Both the position numbers and the translations under genes were made by a program. 64,000 bases of DNA from Eledone cirrhosa (taxonomy: Eukaryota): the NCBI GenBank assembly GCA_964016885.1, contig OZ024751.1:26784001-26848000 (forward strand), read 5' to 3'. This document shows, in pieces, positions 58,108 to 64,000 of the stretch. The first letter of the stretch is position 1. Every line of letters begins with the position of its first letter. The notes under the pieces are model-generated. The model was not told the origin of the DNA. It did not search any database and saw nothing but the letters and a program-made list of their open reading frames with translations.

Positions 58108-58459
58108 TAGGAACTTCTAAGTCAAAGTCTGAGTAAGATGTCGTGTTGAGGAGATAGTGTTACTACGATGGTGGTGATGGCGGTGGTATTATTGTTGTTG
58201 TTGATGGTAGCTTTGTTGGACCTGTTACTTCGTACCACCACCAACACCAACACCAACACCACCATTGCCACAATCACCACATCAAACACCACCACCACCA
58301 CCACCACACCACCTCCAACACCACCACATCCATACCACCATCACGGCATCACAACAACCATCATCACCACCCCCATCACCACAAACACCATCAACACCAA
58401 CACCACATCCACCACACCCTCCACCAACAACCACATTCAGCACCACTACCACCATCACT

Positions 58460-58975
58460 ATATGTATGTATGTGTGTGTATGTGTGTATGTATGTATGTG
58501 TGTATGTATGTATGTATGTATGTATGTATGTATGTATGTATGTATGTATGTATGTATGTATCTATATATGTATATATATATATGTATGTATGTATGTATA
58601 TATGTATGTATATATGTATATATGTATGTATGTATGTATATATGTATGTATATATATATATGTATGTATATATGTATATATGTATATATATATGTATGTA
58701 TATATGTATGTATATATGTATGTATGTATATAGGTATATATGCATATATGTATGTATATATATATATATAAGTATATATGTATATATGTATATATGTATA
58801 TATGTATATATGCATATATGTATGTATATATGTATATATGTATATATGTATATATGTATATATGTATATATATATATATATGTATATATGCATATATGTA
58901 TGTATATATGTATATATGTATATATGTATATATGTATATATGTATATATGTATATGTATATATGTATATATGTAC

Positions 58976-59008
<33 letters not shown>

Positions 59009-59690
59009 TATATGCATATATGTATGTATATATATATATATATGTATATATGTATATATGTATATATGTATGTATATATGTATTTTATGTATATATGCAT
59101 ATATGTATGTATATATATATATGTATATATGTATATATGTATATATATATGTATGTATATATGTATATATGCATATATATATGTATATATATATATGTAT
59201 ATATGTATATATGTATATATATATATATGTATATATGCATATATGTATGTATATATGTATATATGTATATATGTATATATGTATATATATGTATATATGC
59301 ATATATATATGTATATATGTATATATGTATATATGTATATATGTATGTATATATGCATGTATATATGTATATATGTATATATGTATATATGTATATATGT
59401 ATATATGTATATATGTATATATGCATATATGTATGTATATATGCATATATGTATGTATATATATATATGTATATATGTATATATGTATATATATATGTAT
59501 GTATATATGTATATATGCATATATGTATGTATATATATATATATGTATATATGTATATATGTATATATATATATATGTATATATGCATATATGTATATAT
59601 GTATATATATGTATATATGTATATATGCATATATGTATGTATATATGTATATATGTATATATGTATATGTGTATATATGTATGTATGTGT
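58460..59690. repeat. Long (TATATG/TATG)n low-complexity tract
   Basis: Direct reading. Confidence 0.95.
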
Positions 59691-59704
59691 ATCTGACGTG
59701 ATAC

Positions 59705-59772
59705 CAGTTGTACAGTGATCATCCGGTGCAATTCAGTAAATCTACGAAAGATAGCCATCTTTGTTAGGAGAG
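59705..59772 (-). CDS. Candidate exon: [22 protein letters not shown]
   Basis: Unique island between microsatellites; ttaataag|CT ... CTG|gtatca; open frame. Confidence 0.35.
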
Positions 59773-60206
59773 CTTATTAAGATATGTGAAAGTACAAGTA
59801 GAATTATATATACATATGTACAATATATACATATACAGACATACATACACATATATAAACACACATATATATATATATAAACATACATATATATGCATAT
59901 ATATGTGTATATATGTACAATATATACATACATCCATATGTATATATATACATACATACACATATATATACATACATACACATATATATACATTCATACA
60001 TACATATATTATATAAAACACATACACACATATATATATAAACATGGGTGTATATAGATATATATTCTAGCATATATGCTGATATATACATATATATATA
60101 TGTGTGTGTGTGTGTGTATATATTAACATATATATATATACATACGTTGTGTGTCTGCATATATGTGTGTGTATGTGTGTTTATATATATATATATATGT
60201 ATAAAT

Positions 60207-60271
<65 letters not shown>

Positions 60272-60296
60272 TATGCATATATATACATATACATAC

Positions 60297-60400
<104 letters not shown>

Positions 60401-60439
60401 ATGTATACATACATATGTATATATGGGGAGAGAGAGTGA

Positions 60440-60497
<58 letters not shown>

Positions 60498-60815
60498 CGC
60501 CATTGAATGTAACAAAATATTCTCTTCTCTCTTCCAGAACACGGTAAACCAATGTAAACTACCGTTATCCACCTGCTGTGTGTATATATCAGCATATATG
60601 CTAGAATATATATCTATATACACCCAATATACACCCTATACACACCCTATATACACCCTATACATACCATATACACATAAGTCATCCCCACCAAATATTT
60701 GTACCGAAATATCAGGGTTCAAATAATACCCTAATATCAAGAAATGTTTTTTTTAGATGAAGTTTGATCTGATAGCTGAGGATTTGATGTGATATTGTTG
60801 TTGTTGTTGTTGTAG

Positions 60816-60846
<31 letters not shown>

Positions 60847-60967
60847 GGTTGTTGTTCGTTTGAAGCTTGTACACACCCATACATAGACATGCATGTATAT
60901 CATACACACATATATAGGCATATATACATATATATAAGTATATAGTTATATATAATTATATGTATGT

Positions 60968-61066
<99 letters not shown>

Positions 61067-61149
61067 GACACACACACGCATATATATATGAGTGCGTGTG
61101 CGCGTGTGTGTGTGTGTATGGCTCTGAACATTAATCAGTATCCACTAGG

Positions 61150-61265
61150 ATGAAGAACTCAAAGCTGTACGTGAGCTTCCCGAATGTCACCTGGAATGTA
61201 ACACAGAGGAGACTGAGGTTGGCTGGACATGCTCACCGACATTCAGAGTTGATACTGCACTCATC
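61150..61265 (+). mobile_element. Short RTE-like fragment
   Basis: KLYVSFPNVTWNVTQRRLRLAGHAHRHSEL. Confidence 0.65.
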
Positions 61266-61329
61266 CTTGAGCCTCCACACGCACTCAGCTAGACTAGTGT
61301 TGGATCTCTTGCTTTTGTTGTCGACAAGA

Positions 61330-62164
61330 GCACATGTGGTTGTGGAATCGGGATTTGAACTCGGTACTTGTGGAACTTACTCACACAAATTCCTCTCTTT
61401 CGGTGGAGACCATATAGCTGTAGACCACTCCCGAGACACTTCAGCGACTGTTGAGGGGACAGTCACAGGGGCATCTGGAGTTGCAGTTCAGCAGAGATCT
61501 ATCAGGGGCGCCGTAGAGTGCGGTGTTCGATGTGAAAGAGGGGATGCATTGGGGGGGTTCTGATCATTTACGACGGATGGAACGGTGGCCATACCTCTCC
61601 CAGGATGTTCCGACCCATCGACAAACCTTCCAGTACGGTCGTTATGGAAGTACTCCCGTAACATTTTACGGTTGACGGAGGCAATGATCTCCGCAAGGTT
61701 GGGCATGGTAGAGAAGAAGAACTTCACCGTGTGCCGGTTGAATAGTCTATGGTATCTATGCGAGGGTGGAAAGCACTCATCTAGAGTCCGGAAGAAGAGG
61801 CCCGCTACGTTTGTTATAGGGCTCCTGGAGTAGCGCGTCTCCTTATGGTGCATGCGAGTCCCGTGGAGTTGGTATGGAGGAGTGAAGGTGGTACGCCGTT
61901 TGTACACCGGTGCATTGTGGGGCCCGCTAGGGGTTGTGGGTATGTAGGGAGCGGTCATTCACAGTCACGCGCATCACAGGAAATGTGGCCATGCGAACGT
62001 GGCGCAGCGCGATGGGAGGAGTCCGAGGATGCGGGTACAAGATCACTCGGGGGATGATTAGAGCCGCCATACATTCCGTCAGGGCCAGGCCATAGAGGTC
62101 GACAGGGGTCCCCCATATATCTCCCATCAAGAGTTCCACCCTCGGAAAGCTCGCTACATTGTCC
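61330..62164 (-). mobile_element. Penelope-like element ORF fragment
   Basis: TNVAGLFFRTLDECFPPSHRYHRLFNRHTVKFFFSTMPNLAEIIASVNRKML, typical of the PLE post-RT region. Confidence 0.8.
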
Positions 62165-62219
<55 letters not shown>

Positions 62220-62371
62220 GGAACGCTTCAAAAGGCATGCTTGCTTGGAACAGCAAGAACCCTCCGATACGTCCTGAATATCTGAGGCTGCAGGTAGCGG
62301 CTTGATATTCAATCCAACGGACTTTCCAGTTAACCAACATCAATGACTGAGATTCAAGGAATAACAACAAA

Positions 62372-62372
<1 letters not shown>
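62220..62372 (+). mobile_element. R4/Dong-like retrotransposon 3' end inserted in (TAA)n
   Basis: TLQKACLLGTARTLRYVLNI* plus 3'UTR; (AAT)n on both sides. Confidence 0.8.
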
Positions 62373-62404
<32 letters not shown>

Positions 62405-62692
62405 TGTTTCTACTTTAGGAACAAGGCCAGCAATTTGAAGGGGATGGGAAAGTTGATTAAATCTACCCCAGTGTATTACTGGAACTTTATTTTATCGACC
62501 CCGTAAGGATGAAAGGCAAAGTTAACCTCGGCGGGATTTGAACTCAGAACGCGGTCAGTGGAAATTCTACTCTTGAGTTCTATAGAAAATAAGGAGGAGA
62601 AGGAGGAGGGAGAGAAGAAGGGAGGAGGGGGAAAGAAGAAGAAGAAGAAGAAGAAGAAGAAGAAGAAGAAGAAGAAGAAGAAGAAGAAGCAG

Positions 62693-63040
62693 CGCCATCT
62701 CTTTTACAAGGATTCATTAAACTGTTTACAAAGTCCCACCGGGGAAAAACATACTAAATGTGTTCATAAATGCAGCTGTGATACGAGAATAAGTATCGAA
62801 TTAGATAAATGTGTATGGCTAAATGAGTATGGGATTAGAGATATGTGCTAAAGATACTTTTAAAATAGAGATATAGTAATAAAAAATGAAAACATTAATT
62901 TTAGACACTGAAATCTGAGAATGAAAAAAGTACAACCCAACAAATAATTAGGAGATTAAATTAGTGTGATACAAATGTACGAACATGAAAGAAAACATTT
63001 GAAAAGAGTATTACAGGAGAGTTAGACTAATATTAAAAGG
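62693..63040 (+). mobile_element. Very decayed R4/Dong-like RT fragment
   Basis: RHLFYKDSL (cf. HLLYMDDL), DTRISIELDKC (cf. DIGMEFGLDKC), KEYYRRVRLILK. Confidence 0.5.
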
Positions 63041-63379
63041 TTTAAATACAGTTATAAATTACTTATTTACTCTTAGAACTAAGTCTTCTGAAGCTGTTCG
63101 GGTCATCGGGCAGAAAGTTTCCACCGATTTCAACGATTAGTCGTTACGAGATTCCATATCTTCTCAATCGATATCCACCTTCCGCCAGAGACAAGACAGT
63201 CACGTCCTTCCATCTCACTTAACTTTTGAAAGTCATGAAGTTGTGAAACCGGTTAAGTTATTGTAAATAAATCTTCTCAAAGACACAAAGTGCATTCTCA
63301 ACTTCTTTTCTTTAAATTTCTATCTGTGTGGAATTAAAAACTTTCTTTTCTCTCTACATATATACAGATATGTGACTTC

Positions 63380-63850
63380 CATGCCTGTAGATTTTATACC
63401 AAATCGGCAATGTCCCCCCAATAGTACTGCAACGCCAGAGATTTCTGGAAATAAAATTACCCAGAGTCTCTGGGCCAAAAATCCTCAGGAAAAGACCAGC
63501 CAGTTCGTTCTCGTTGATACATAAGACATCCTCGAGAAGGCCACTTCCACGCCACTAATCTTCTGTTGATTGCTAATGTGGAACTTCCATCGATCACATT
63601 ATCCGACTGGTAGAGGGAGGTAAGCACCTGACAACTTTCTAGGTGCCAGTCGCCCTGTCCTGATCTTTTCTTCACCCAAGACTGTAACATGGGCATGGAA
63701 ATGAGCTGAGGAAATGCGTCTGATAAAAGACGATCACACCGACTCACCGTCCGGGAATCTTTGCAAATGTCACAGTCATGGTATGGCCAGTCCCCCGCGC
63801 CGTGGGTGTGGTCAACAGATAGATGTCTGACCAGTGGGACATGGCCTTTT
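63380..63850 (-). mobile_element. Tx1/L1-like LINE ORF2 fragment (decayed)
   Basis: AFPQLISMPMLQSWVKK.../NENELAGLFLRIFGPETLGNF/QKSLALQYYWGTLPIWYKIYRHG, resembling the zf-RVT region. Confidence 0.55.
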
Positions 63851-64000
63851 GTGGATGGTGATGTGTGTGTGTGTGGGGTGGGGGTGGGGTGTAAAGTCGA
63901 TTAAATTGACCTCAGTGCATTACTGGTACTTTATTTTATCGACACCGAAAGAATGAAAGGCAAAGCTAGCCTCGGAAGGATTTGAACTCAGAATATAATA

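Overview
Repeat-dominated eukaryotic DNA, most likely from an octopod cephalopod: the abundant tRNA-derived SINE resembles octopus SINEs as I recall them, and (TA)n/(CA)n/(GA)n/(GGT)n microsatellites are extremely dense. Nearly all ORFs in the supplied track are microsatellite artefacts. The real content falls into five groups. (1) Scattered small exons of an unidentified minus-strand protein-coding gene, several joining in phase, with one candidate U12-type intron. (2) About 12 copies of one tRNA-SINE plus several CORE/V-type SINEs. (3) Decayed fragments of many non-LTR clades (RTE, CR1/Jockey, CRE, Tx1/L1, R4/Dong, Penelope-like) and a piggyBac-type MITE. (4) Many minisatellites, several demonstrably amplified from internal pieces of transposons or from splice junctions. 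(5) The most interesting signal: short fold-back (hairpin) elements inserted in (TA)n, many carrying minimal hammerhead-ribozyme cores of the Penelope-like type, plus a 38-bp minisatellite built from half of a hammerhead. All family assignments are by eye from motif recall, not database searches.
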